Positions 8,800-17,302 are shown, numbered from the stretch's first letter. The stretch: 18,738 nt of DNA from Chlamydiia bacterium (GCA_038257035.1 JBBSJT010000039.1:1-18738), one strand, 5' to 3'. The notes: generated by a model from the sequence alone, not told the origin. Program-made: numbers and translations.

Positions 8800-10257
8800 C
8801 TACTGGATTTTTTTGTTGATGAGGTCGTTCACGATCTGTGGCGAAGCCTTACCACGGGAAAGTTTCATCACTTGCCCCACAAGGTAGCTAAATGCCTTAT
8901 CGCGACCGGCTTTAAAATCGACAATAGATTGTGGGTTTTGCTCAAGTACCTGATCCACAAGTGCACCAATTTCGCCCAAATCACTGACCGGAGAAAAGTC
9001 AGGATTGTCTTTTGCGATCTGTTCAGGGTCTTTTCTAGGCAATAGTACCATTTCATCAGCAATAGCTTTTGCAATTCTTCCCGTAATTGTCCCATCGTTG
9101 ATCATGTTGACAAGTTTTGCCACATGCAAGGCAGGAATATCAGAATTTAATAAATTTTTGCCACTGTCCTTAAAACGACCTGCAAATTCTACGATGATCC
9201 AGTTGCACAATTGTTTTGCGTGAGGAGCCGTTTTTAAAGCTTCTTCAAAATAATCGGCAAGATTTTTATCTGTCGTGATTACAAACGCGTGATGAAGAGA
9301 TAAACCAAAATCTTTAACATAGCGTCTTTCACGTTGCAGTGGCAATTCAGGAAGATTTGCTTTAATATCGGCAATATAAGCATCTGTAAGAACAATCGGA
9401 ACTAAATCAGGTTCAGGGAAATAGCGATAATCTTCTGCTTTTTCTTTTTTTCTCATCAATACGGTTTCGCCAAGATCTGGATCAAATCGATAGGTAGCCT
9501 GTGTTATCACTTCATTAATCGGTTTTGCTGGATGTGCGATGTATTCATGAATCTGACGTTTGATTTCAGCCTGAATAGCAATAGACATATTGCTAAAGGA
9601 ATTCATATTTTTTATTTCGATTTTATTTCTAAAACCGGTTTCACCCTTCATTCTCACAGATACATTCGCATCTACACGAAGAGAGCCTTCTTCCATGTTA
9701 CAATCTGAAACATTCAGGTATTGTAAAATTGCCTTAACTGCAGAACAGTAGGCAACAGCCTCTTCAGCATTATGCATGCAGGCTTCTGAAACAATTTCAA
9801 TCAATGGCACGCCTGCACGGTTGTAATCAACACCTGTAAAAGTGCTAAAGTGTTTTAGCATACCGGAATCATCTTCAAGATGAACGCGATTAACAGCAAA
9901 TGTTTTTTCTTCTCCGTTAATTTCAGCAATCACAGTGCCACCCAAAACAATAGGCTGATCGAATTGAGTGATTTGAAAATTACGAGGGCTGTCCGGGTAA
10001 AAATAAGATTTTCTATCAAATTTACTAAAATTTGCAACTTTTGCTTCGATTGCTAACCCAAACTGCACTGCTTTTTTTACAGCTTCTTTATTTAAAACGG
10101 GTAAAGCGCCGGGCTGTCCTGTGCAAACTTCATTAATATTTGTGTTTGGTTCATCTCCAAAACCGTTTTTAGCACTGCTGAAAAGCTTTGATTTTGTGTT
10201 TAATTCAGCATGGATTTCTAATCCGATTACCGGCTCCCAGTTTTCGTATAGGCTCAT
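8800..10257 (-). CDS. gatB: Asp-tRNA(Asn)/Glu-tRNA(Gln) amidotransferase subunit B
   Basis: IGLEIHAEL, PGALPVLN, FDRKSYFYPD, DYNRAGVPLIEIV, YRYFPEPDL and LVGQVMK motifs. Confidence 0.98.
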   Translation of the reverse strand: MSLYENWEPVIGLEIHAELNTKSKLFSSAKNGFGDEPNTNINEVCTGQPGALPVLNKEAVKKAVQFGLAIEAKVANFSKFDRKSYFYPDSPRNFQITQFDQPIVLGGTVIAEINGEEKTFAVNRVHLEDDSGMLKHFSTFTGVDYNRAGVPLIEIVSEACMHNAEEAVAYCSAVKAILQYLNVSDCNMEEGSLRVDANVSVRMKGETGFRNKIEIKNMNSFSNMSIAIQAEIKRQIHEYIAHPAKPINEVITQATYRFDPDLGETVLMRKKEKAEDYRYFPEPDLVPIVLTDAYIADIKANLPELPLQRERRYVKDFGLSLHHAFVITTDKNLADYFEEALKTAPHAKQLCNWIIVEFAGRFKDSGKNLLNSDIPALHVAKLVNMINDGTITGRIAKAIADEMVLLPRKDPEQIAKDNPDFSPVSDLGEIGALVDQVLEQNPQSIVDFKAGRDKAFSYLVGQVMKLSRGKASPQIVNDLINKKIQ

Positions 10258-10272
10258 TGAATACTCCGTTTA

Positions 10273-11724
10273 TTAATCGCTAAATTTTTTGGGGATTGAG
10301 GTAAATTCAGGACACGCCTTTTCAAAGGCATTTGCTGCTTGAATCACGCGCACATCACCTTTTTGAGGCCCTATAAGATGTAGCCCCATCGGTTTGCCAT
10401 CGGTTGAAAATCCATCAGGTATGCTGATGGCCGGTAATCCTGCTAAATTGATTGGAATTGTATAAATGTCTTCCAAATACATTTGGATAGGATCTTTGAT
10501 GGAATCAATCTCAAATGCGGCAAATGGACTCACAGGTGTTGCGATAAGGTCGCAAACTTCAAAAGCTTTTTTATAGCTTTTGATGATCAATGTGCGTATT
10601 TTTTGAGCTTTTTTATAGTAATCATCCTGGTAGCCTGCAGAAAGAACGTAAGTTCCAAGTAAAATACGACGTTTAACTTCTTTTCCGTAACCATCTTCTT
10701 TTGAAAACGTATAAACTTCATCAAGAGTTTTAGCTTCTTTACTTCTTACTCCATAGCGAATGCCATCAAATCTTGCAAGGTTGGTCGAGGCTTCAGCCGT
10801 TGCCAAAATATAGTAGGTAGCAATCGAGTATTTTAGAATGCTAAGGTCGACATCGACAATCGTACAACCTAATTTCTTTAAAACTTCAAGAGCATTTAGA
10901 AAAACCTTTTTTGGCTCTTCGTGAAGGCTTTTAATAAATTCGTTAGGAACTCCGATTTTCATGCCTTTTATAGTTGCAAATTCTGAATAGTTATCGGTGG
11001 ATGAGGCCAAGCTTGTAGAATCTTTATCGCAATGTTGACCGAGCACTTCCATAATGAGGGCAATGTCTGCTGTATTGGTAGCTAGGGGTCCAATTTGATC
11101 AAGCGATGAGCCATAAGCAACAAGACCATACCTTGAAACTCTACCGTAAGTTGGTTTAAAACCTGCTATTCCGCAAAAAGCTGCCGGCTGTCTTACAGAT
11201 CCGCCTGTATCTGTTCCAAGGGCGATGGGGCAAAGTCTTGCAGCAACTGCAGCTGCAGAGCCACCGGATGAGCCACCGGGAACGCATTTTAAGTTCCAAG
11301 GATTTTTTGTAAGTTGCAATGCAGAATTTTCTGATGAGGATCCCATGGCAAATTCATCAAGATTTGTTTTTCCGATGATGATCGCATCTTCTTTTTCAAG
11401 AAGTTCTACGACTGTTGAATCAAAGGGGGCCTTGTAATTAGTCAAAAACTTGGATGCGCACGTTGTAATTTCACCTTTGACATGAATATTATCTTTTATG
11501 GCTATGGGAATAGCTGCAAGACTCCCTAGTTTTTCACCTCTTGCTAATTTTTCATCGAGTTGTTCTGCTTTTTTTAATGCGCGCTCGGTGAAGACTGCAA
11601 GGAAGGCGCCTACGTCTTTGTCATATTTCTCGATTCTATCTAAAAAAAACTGGGTAATAGCAACGGCTGTAACTTCGCCTTTTAAAAACTTATCTCTAAT
11701 TTCAATTGCTGATAAATGATGCAT
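10273..11724 (-). CDS. gatA: Asp-tRNA(Asn)/Glu-tRNA(Gln) amidotransferase subunit A
   Basis: Amidase signature GKTNLDEFAMGSS, PGGSSGGSAAAVAA and LGTDTGGSVRQPA; NLARFDGIRYG; EVKRRILLGTYVLSAGY. Confidence 0.98.
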   Translation of the reverse strand: MHHLSAIEIRDKFLKGEVTAVAITQFFLDRIEKYDKDVGAFLAVFTERALKKAEQLDEKLARGEKLGSLAAIPIAIKDNIHVKGEITTCASKFLTNYKAPFDSTVVELLEKEDAIIIGKTNLDEFAMGSSSENSALQLTKNPWNLKCVPGGSSGGSAAAVAARLCPIALGTDTGGSVRQPAAFCGIAGFKPTYGRVSRYGLVAYGSSLDQIGPLATNTADIALIMEVLGQHCDKDSTSLASSTDNYSEFATIKGMKIGVPNEFIKSLHEEPKKVFLNALEVLKKLGCTIVDVDLSILKYSIATYYILATAEASTNLARFDGIRYGVRSKEAKTLDEVYTFSKEDGYGKEVKRRILLGTYVLSAGYQDDYYKKAQKIRTLIIKSYKKAFEVCDLIATPVSPFAAFEIDSIKDPIQMYLEDIYTIPINLAGLPAISIPDGFSTDGKPMGLHLIGPQKGDVRVIQAANAFEKACPEFTSIPKKFSD

Positions 11725-11736
11725 TTCAATCCGTTA

Positions 11737-12033
11737 TTACTTGTTAATGACTTGAGGAACTTTAATCATGCCGCCTGTGTGTGAAGGAGAGAGGTCAAGG
11801 AACACCTGCCGGGGCATACTTGGCTCAACGATATCTTCACGCATGACATTATGGATTCCTTCCAAAACATGGTAGGAGGGTTCAACATTGCTCGTGTCAA
11901 CTTCTTCTAGCTGATCCACAAACTTCAAAATTTTTTGTAAATCTTCAAAAAGAGCTTGCTGTTCATCTTCTGTGCAATCAATGCGGCAAAGAGTCGTTAA
12001 ATTTTTGATGATTTCTTTGTCTATTTTAGCCAT
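11737..12033 (-). CDS. gatC: Asp-tRNA(Asn)/Glu-tRNA(Gln) amidotransferase subunit C
   Basis: 98 aa; ILKFVDQLEEVDTSNVEP, NVMRED and IKVPQVI; directly upstream of gatA. Confidence 0.95.
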   Translation of the reverse strand: MAKIDKEIIKNLTTLCRIDCTEDEQQALFEDLQKILKFVDQLEEVDTSNVEPSYHVLEGIHNVMREDIVEPSMPRQVFLDLSPSHTGGMIKVPQVINK

Positions 12034-12059
12034 TAAAAACCTTTATTCATTTCCCCAAT

Positions 12060-12088
12060 ACAATAGCGGATTTTATAAATCTTGTAAA
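12060..12088 (-). promoter_or_regulatory. Putative sigma70/sigma66 promoter of gatCAB
   Basis: Minus strand reads TTTACA-N17-TATTGT, ending 26 nt upstream of the gatC ATG. Confidence 0.45.
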
Positions 12089-12126
12089 TTATTTTAAGAA
12101 CTGTTAGAAAAATTGATCTAAACGAG

Positions 12127-12280
12127 AACTTTGCAGTTTTTTCAGGTTCATATTTCGAGAGAGATGCAAACTACAGCGTAATAAATTTAGAAGGGATGAG
12201 TTTTCTACCCATTCCGAGAGATTTGTTTAGCTGTAGGCAGCATCTCTCTCGAAATATGAACCTGAAAAAACTGCAAAGTT
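12127..12280. mobile_element. MITE-like element with 41-bp perfect terminal inverted repeats (family B)
   Basis: 12127-12167 is the exact reverse complement of 12240-12280. The interior continues pairing imperfectly (CTACAGC/GCTGTAG). GAG flanks both sides. Mobility is inferred. Confidence 0.7.
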
Positions 12281-12307
12281 GAGTTAAACACAAAAGAGGT
12301 CTTTAAA

Positions 12308-13939
12308 ATGATAAATAATCATACCCATCATTGGGAATTAAAAAACTTAGGAGCCTTTTCGAGTGATCTTGATTACCTGGAAAAAAATACTTTTCTTTTT
12401 AAACAACAGCCTAATTACCAAAAAGAAATAGAATTTGGAAATATATTACAAAGTGAATTGGAATTAAACCTCATTAAGCCTGATGAACAAACCATAACAA
12501 CAATACTTAAAGTGCTTTCGTTGGAATATCGAATAAAGGCTGGTTTTGGTGGCCTTGACCGTTTAAAAGATGATCTTTACGATAAAGCTATTGCAAATCG
12601 TTTGGAAACTGCTTTAAAAAAATGGAAAGAAGCAAAAGGACAACTTTATTTTGATACGAGAATTACATCGAAAGATAATGAAAAAATTAAAACGTTAAGT
12701 CGATATCCAAATTTTATTGCAATTTTACTAAAAAATGAAAAAGTAACCGGGGAGTTTTTTAAACTTGTTTTTAGAGATAATTTTCCGATCAAATTACTCA
12801 TTCAGTATTACACTATTTGTTCTGTTGATTTAAAATTTTCTCTTCTAGCTATAAGAGTGGGTTTTTTTAATAAGTTTGACCAACAAATGTTGAAAAATGA
12901 AAATACTATTTTAGAAAATGGTTCCCTAAAAAAAGATTTAAAATTTTTAATTAATGAAAAATTTGTTTCTATTTTAGATGATAATGCCTTAATTGAGCTG
13001 AACGGAGATATTGGTTTTACTTGGAAGTATATAAAAGAGCTTTGGGAAAATAATAAAAAATTTCCTGCCCAAATGGAAGTGTTTGAAAAAAAGGGACTTA
13101 TTTGTTTTAAGCCTCAAGGGTTAGAATACGCTGAAGATTTTAAAAGATATTCTATAGATACAAAAGCTCCAAAATTTTGGGAAAAACTTCCCACATTTTT
13201 GACAATTACAAAAGAGCGTTTAGAAAAGATGCTCAATATAACCATCACACCGGACAAACCATGTGTAGCAACGATTGAGTCTTCTTGCATGGATCCTCTT
13301 TATGTAGATGGTGCACATGGGTCCTCAACAATTTACTTGCCAAGTGAGGATGGAAGTTCCTATAAAGTTTTTCCATTTGGAAAATATGCCAAGAATTTCC
13401 CGCAAAATAAATTTGAGCAATTATCGTTCCTTGGAGGTACCGTTGAAGCTCAATTAACCTACCCCGATCCTACTCCCTTTTATACTCAACGTATGCATGG
13501 AGTAGCGCCTCGTCTTATAACCATGGATGAAGCAGAGCAGCTTTTGACAATCTATGGAAAAGACATTTGGTTTTTTCAGTTTGCCGGAAATAATTGTTCT
13601 GCCGAATTTCAATTAATTTTTAATAAAGTGTTTAATGAAAACACAAACTATTTTAATTTGCCAATGATGGAAACAAAGCAGATTTTTCCATTGAATTATA
13701 TTTTACCCCCAATGAAATATATACCTGATTCTCTATCCACAGCCCTAATCCACAGTGTGTATCTTATATTTGGCTCATTTAGAGATTTATCTCAAGTTGA
13801 CGAAGATGGAGATGTCAAAAAAATCAATAATCTTCTTACAAGCCAATTTTGTAAAACACAAACATTAGCAGTTCCGGGTTTTCTAGTGGATCAAATCAAT
13901 CATGGCAAAATAAATGGAGTTACTTATTATGGCCTCTAA
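12308..13939 (+). CDS. Hypothetical protein; possible C-terminal permuted papain-like (His...Asn-Cys) domain
   Basis: 543-aa ORF with AAGAGGT RBS, AT-rich; GAHG (H337) and FQFAGNNCS (C430). The ORF is secure, the function is speculative. Confidence 0.8.
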   Translation: MINNHTHHWELKNLGAFSSDLDYLEKNTFLFKQQPNYQKEIEFGNILQSELELNLIKPDEQTITTILKVLSLEYRIKAGFGGLDRLKDDLYDKAIANRLETALKKWKEAKGQLYFDTRITSKDNEKIKTLSRYPNFIAILLKNEKVTGEFFKLVFRDNFPIKLLIQYYTICSVDLKFSLLAIRVGFFNKFDQQMLKNENTILENGSLKKDLKFLINEKFVSILDDNALIELNGDIGFTWKYIKELWENNKKFPAQMEVFEKKGLICFKPQGLEYAEDFKRYSIDTKAPKFWEKLPTFLTITKERLEKMLNITITPDKPCVATIESSCMDPLYVDGAHGSSTIYLPSEDGSSYKVFPFGKYAKNFPQNKFEQLSFLGGTVEAQLTYPDPTPFYTQRMHGVAPRLITMDEAEQLLTIYGKDIWFFQFAGNNCSAEFQLIFNKVFNENTNYFNLPMMETKQIFPLNYILPPMKYIPDSLSTALIHSVYLIFGSFRDLSQVDEDGDVKKINNLLTSQFCKTQTLAVPGFLVDQINHGKINGVTYYGL

Positions 13940-15344
13940 TGCTCCAATCATTGTATGGTTTAGGCAAGATCTTCGCATAGATGATAACGAGGCCTTAAAT
14001 ATGGCTATCAAAACAGGTCAGCCGATCATCCCTCTTTATATTTTGGATGATACCGAACAAGATTGGAAAATGGGATCTACAAGTCTTTGGTGGCTTGAAA
14101 AGTCCCTTATTTCGTTGGCTGATGAATTTCAAAAATTAGGGTTAAACTTCATTATTCGAAAAGGCAAGCCTTTAAGGGTGTTAAAAGATTTAATTAAAGA
14201 AGTGAATGCAAATAAGCTTTTTTATAATAGATGTTATGAGCCTGCAAACTTGAAAGGTGATTCCTTCGTTAGAGCAGAGCTTTCTTCTCAAAATTTTCAG
14301 ATCTCTGATTTTTGTGGAAATGTTTTATTTGAGCCCTGGGAAATACGCACACAACAAGAAAAACCATTTAAAGTTTTCACCCCTTTTTATAATGCTTGTT
14401 TGAAAAAACAAGCAAAAGAAATTCAACTGCTTCCAAAGCTACCAATAACGGGCTTTGATAAGAAAATACATTCTGATCGAATTGAATTGCCAAAAGATCA
14501 TCAGGATTTTAGCCATTATTGGAAGCCTGGATCTGTTTTTGGAAAGAAAGTTTTAAAGCAATTTTTAAAAGATCAAATCAATAATTATGATCAAATAAGG
14601 GATAGACCCGATATCAATGAGGTATCGCATCTATCTCCTTATTTGCATTTTGGCGAAATAAGCCCAAGGTTAATTCTGCATGAAATTAGATCTACTTATA
14701 GCATTGAAAATGAAGGAATTCAAACCTTTATCAAACAGATATTCTGGAGGGAGTTTGGATTCCATTTACTCTACCATTTTCCAAAAACAACAAATTCACC
14801 TTTTCAAGAAAAATATAGCGATTTTCCTTGGAAAAATGATCCTGTTAAGTTAAAACAGTGGCAAATGGGAATGACCGGTTATCCGCTTGTTGATGCAGGG
14901 ATGAGAGAGCTTTTGGCAACAGGATGGATGCATAATCGTGTGCGTATGGTTGTAGGATCTTTTCTTGTAAAAGACCTAAATCTTCCTTGGTTGCAAGGAG
15001 CCGAATGGTTTTATGAAAAGCTTGTCGATGCGGATTTGGCCAATAATACATTGGGTTGGCAATGGGTAGCAGGTTGTGGTGCTGATGCCGCTCCTTATTT
15101 TCGTATTTTCAATCCAACAACGCAAAGTGAGAAGTTTGATCCGTTGGGGGTCTATATAAGAAAATGGGTACCGGAGCTTGATAGGCTAGATAACAAATGG
15201 ATCCATAAACCTTTTATGGCTCCGAGAATGGTTTTGGAAATGGCAGGAGTAGAACTTGGAAAAACGTATCCAAAACCTATTGTTGACCATGACATTGCAA
15301 GAAAAGAAGCTTTAGAAGCATTAAAAAGCATAAGAAATTACTAA
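13929..15344 (+). CDS. phrB: Deoxyribodipyrimidine (CPD) photolyase, class I/III type
   Basis: [51 protein letters not shown] and [23 protein letters not shown] 13929 follows GGAG and overlaps the upstream ORF end by 11 nt. Confidence 0.95.
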   Translation: MASNAPIIVWFRQDLRIDDNEALNMAIKTGQPIIPLYILDDTEQDWKMGSTSLWWLEKSLISLADEFQKLGLNFIIRKGKPLRVLKDLIKEVNANKLFYNRCYEPANLKGDSFVRAELSSQNFQISDFCGNVLFEPWEIRTQQEKPFKVFTPFYNACLKKQAKEIQLLPKLPITGFDKKIHSDRIELPKDHQDFSHYWKPGSVFGKKVLKQFLKDQINNYDQIRDRPDINEVSHLSPYLHFGEISPRLILHEIRSTYSIENEGIQTFIKQIFWREFGFHLLYHFPKTTNSPFQEKYSDFPWKNDPVKLKQWQMGMTGYPLVDAGMRELLATGWMHNRVRMVVGSFLVKDLNLPWLQGAEWFYEKLVDADLANNTLGWQWVAGCGADAAPYFRIFNPTTQSEKFDPLGVYIRKWVPELDRLDNKWIHKPFMAPRMVLEMAGVELGKTYPKPIVDHDIARKEALEALKSIRNY

Positions 15345-15354
15345 AAGGAATGAT

Positions 15355-15936
15355 ATGAAACCCTTTACTTTAGAAATTGGATCGGACGCTCCGGACTTTT
15401 CCTTGCTTGCAACTGATGGAAAATTCTATTCATTAAAAGATTTTGAAAGTTTTGAAGTGTTGGTAATCTTTTTTACCTGCAATCATTGCCCTTACGTTCT
15501 TAATTCCGACAAAGAAACGGCAAAAGTTGCAGAACATTTTAAAACAAAAAATGTGCAATTTGTGGGAATCAATTCTAATAGTGATAAAACCAAGCCATTG
15601 GATTCTTTTGATCATATGGTAGAAAGAATGGGGCAAAATAATTTTCCTTGGGTGTACTTAAGAGATGATACTCAGGCAATTGCTTTAAAATATGGCGCTT
15701 TGAGAACACCTCATTTTTATGTTTTCGATAAAAATCGCAAACTCATTTATACAGGGCGCGCCTTTGATTATCCGAGAGATCCTGAAAGAATTACTTCCCG
15801 CGATTTGGAAAAGGCCTTGGCAGAGCATTTGAATGGGCAACCGATTAAGAATCAAATTACTAACCCGATTGGTTGCAATATTAAGTGGGAAGGCAAAGAT
15901 GCACACTGGATGCCTCCCGAAGCCTGCGACCTCTAG
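15355..15936 (+). CDS. Thioredoxin-fold / peroxiredoxin-like (AhpC/TSA, redoxin) protein
   Basis: [15 protein letters not shown] (CxxC), [13 protein letters not shown] and IGCNIKW; AAGGA RBS. Confidence 0.9.
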   Translation: MKPFTLEIGSDAPDFSLLATDGKFYSLKDFESFEVLVIFFTCNHCPYVLNSDKETAKVAEHFKTKNVQFVGINSNSDKTKPLDSFDHMVERMGQNNFPWVYLRDDTQAIALKYGALRTPHFYVFDKNRKLIYTGRAFDYPRDPERITSRDLEKALAEHLNGQPIKNQITNPIGCNIKWEGKDAHWMPPEACDL

Positions 15937-15968
15937 TTTCTTTACCAAAGAGACAAGGAAGACCTCTC

Positions 15969-16149
15969 GGAGGGACTTTTTTACCGCGAAGAACGCGAAG
16001 AAGCGCGAAGAAGCGCGCTAACGCGCGTAGGAAGAAGGAAGAGGAAAAAGATGGAAGAACGAGAGACCTTTGTTTTTTCGCGCTTATGCGCGCTTCTTCG
16101 CGTGCCTTCGCGTCTTTCTTCGCACTCTTCGCGGTAAAAAAGTCCTTCC
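15969..16149. repeat. Fold-back element with tandem CGCGAAGA(A) units (family C)
   Basis: 15973-15992 pairs perfectly with 16126-16145 (20 bp). There are 3 units in the left arm and 4 inverted units in the right arm, with a purine-rich spacer. Confidence 0.88.
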
Positions 16150-16189
16150 TAGTGGTAGAATCAAAGAATAGATTTTTTAAGGGGTGTTT

Positions 16190-17098
16190 ATGAGGATTTT
16201 AATTTCAGGATCGACAGGCCTTGTTGGAACAGCTTTATGCAAAGCTTTAAAAAATAAGGGTCATCAAGTCATTAGATTGGTTAGAGAAAAATCAAAAGTT
16301 TCGGATGATGCCATTTTCTGGGATCCTGAAAATGATGGATGGGACTCAAACTATAACCTTCCAAAATTTGAAAACATGGATGCAGTTGTTAATTTATCAG
16401 GTGAAAATATAGCAGGACGTTGGACCGAGGATAAAAAAAATAAAATCAAGTCTAGTCGTATAAAATCAACCAAAATATTATCTCATATTTTATCTTCCTT
16501 AAAAAACCCACCGGAAGTTCTTATCAATGGTTCTGCTATTGGTTTTTACGGGGATCGTGGCGAGGAACTTTTAACCGAAGAGAGCGATCCCGGTGATAAT
16601 TTTTTGAGCCAAGTTTGTCAAGAGTGGGAAAGAGCAGCTGTTGAAAATTTAATAAAAACTAAAATTCGTATTGTTCTCTTAAGAACAGGAATGGTGCTTT
16701 CTACAAAAGGTGGAGGCCTTGCGACCATGTTAACGCCTTTTAAAATGGGCCTTGGTGGAATTCTTGGAAACGGACATCAGTATATGAGCTTCATAACGCT
16801 TGATGACCTTGTTAATATCATTATTTTTCTAATTGAAAATAAACAAATGACAGGTCCGGTTAATGCGGTAACCCCATATCCTGTTTCAAATCAAGAGTTT
16901 ACGAAAACGCTAGGGAAAGTATTGCATCGCCCTACCATTCTTGCCGTTCCAAAATTTCTTCCTACACTCATTTTTGGCCAAATGGCAGATGACCTGCTTT
17001 TTGCAAGTCAAAAAGTCTACCCGAAAAAACTTGCCAACGCCGGCTTTCATTTCAATTACCCAACTATAGAATCTGCCTTGACACATGAATTGGAGTAG
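16190..17098 (+). CDS. TIGR01777 family NAD-dependent epimerase/oxidoreductase (YfcH/SDR39U1-like)
   Basis: ILISGSTGLVG Rossmann motif, VVNLSGENIAGRWT, SAIGFYGDRG, CQEWE, LRTGMVL and GPVNAVTP. ATG 16190 is preferred over GTG 16184 (AAGGGG RBS). Confidence 0.93.
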   Translation: MRILISGSTGLVGTALCKALKNKGHQVIRLVREKSKVSDDAIFWDPENDGWDSNYNLPKFENMDAVVNLSGENIAGRWTEDKKNKIKSSRIKSTKILSHILSSLKNPPEVLINGSAIGFYGDRGEELLTEESDPGDNFLSQVCQEWERAAVENLIKTKIRIVLLRTGMVLSTKGGGLATMLTPFKMGLGGILGNGHQYMSFITLDDLVNIIIFLIENKQMTGPVNAVTPYPVSNQEFTKTLGKVLHRPTILAVPKFLPTLIFGQMADDLLFASQKVYPKKLANAGFHFNYPTIESALTHELE

Positions 17099-17149
17099 TA
17101 GAAGACATTTTACCACAGAGATTTAAAGAGAACACGTATTGTAAACGCT

Positions 17150-17302
17150 AAATTTGGAGTGCGGTAACTCTGTTACCGCTCTGTTGCTCAGCCTGACTCT
17201 GGCAGGCTGCCGAACTCGACTTAAATTGCCAAGGCAATTTAACAGCCCGCCAGAGCCGGGCTTAGCTACAAAGCGGTAACAGAGTTACCGCACTCCAAAT
17301 TT
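17150..17302. repeat. REP doublet (REPIN-like) with GGAG-tagged palindromes (family D)
   Basis: 31-bp perfect terminal inverted repeats (17150-17180 and 17272-17302), each containing GGAG-T-GCGGTAAC-TCT-GTTACCGC. Also inner hairpins and a central 10-bp stem at 17221-17242. Confidence 0.88.

Noticed and set aside
15977..16141. CRISPR array interpretation of the tandem repeats (also considered for 8504-8653)
   Set aside because: The units are 9-10 nt, inverted between arms, with no unique spacers and no cas genes.
15833..16193. ORFs 15833-16021 and 15885-16193 (Arg/Lys/Ala-rich)
   Set aside because: They are read-throughs of the family C repeat, overlap the redoxin gene out of frame, and have low-complexity, repeat-derived translations.
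786..17116. Short antisense or alternate-frame ORFs inside rmuC, the S49 peptidase gene, polA, coaE, rho, gatB, gatA, phrB, the redoxin and TIGR01777 genes
   Set aside because: They are shadows of well-supported genes and show no recognisable motifs.
17150..17302. tRNA or known ncRNA in the multi-hairpin region
   Set aside because: No T-loop (GTTCGA) or D-loop consensus and no cloverleaf spacing; the two-fold symmetry fits a REP doublet better.
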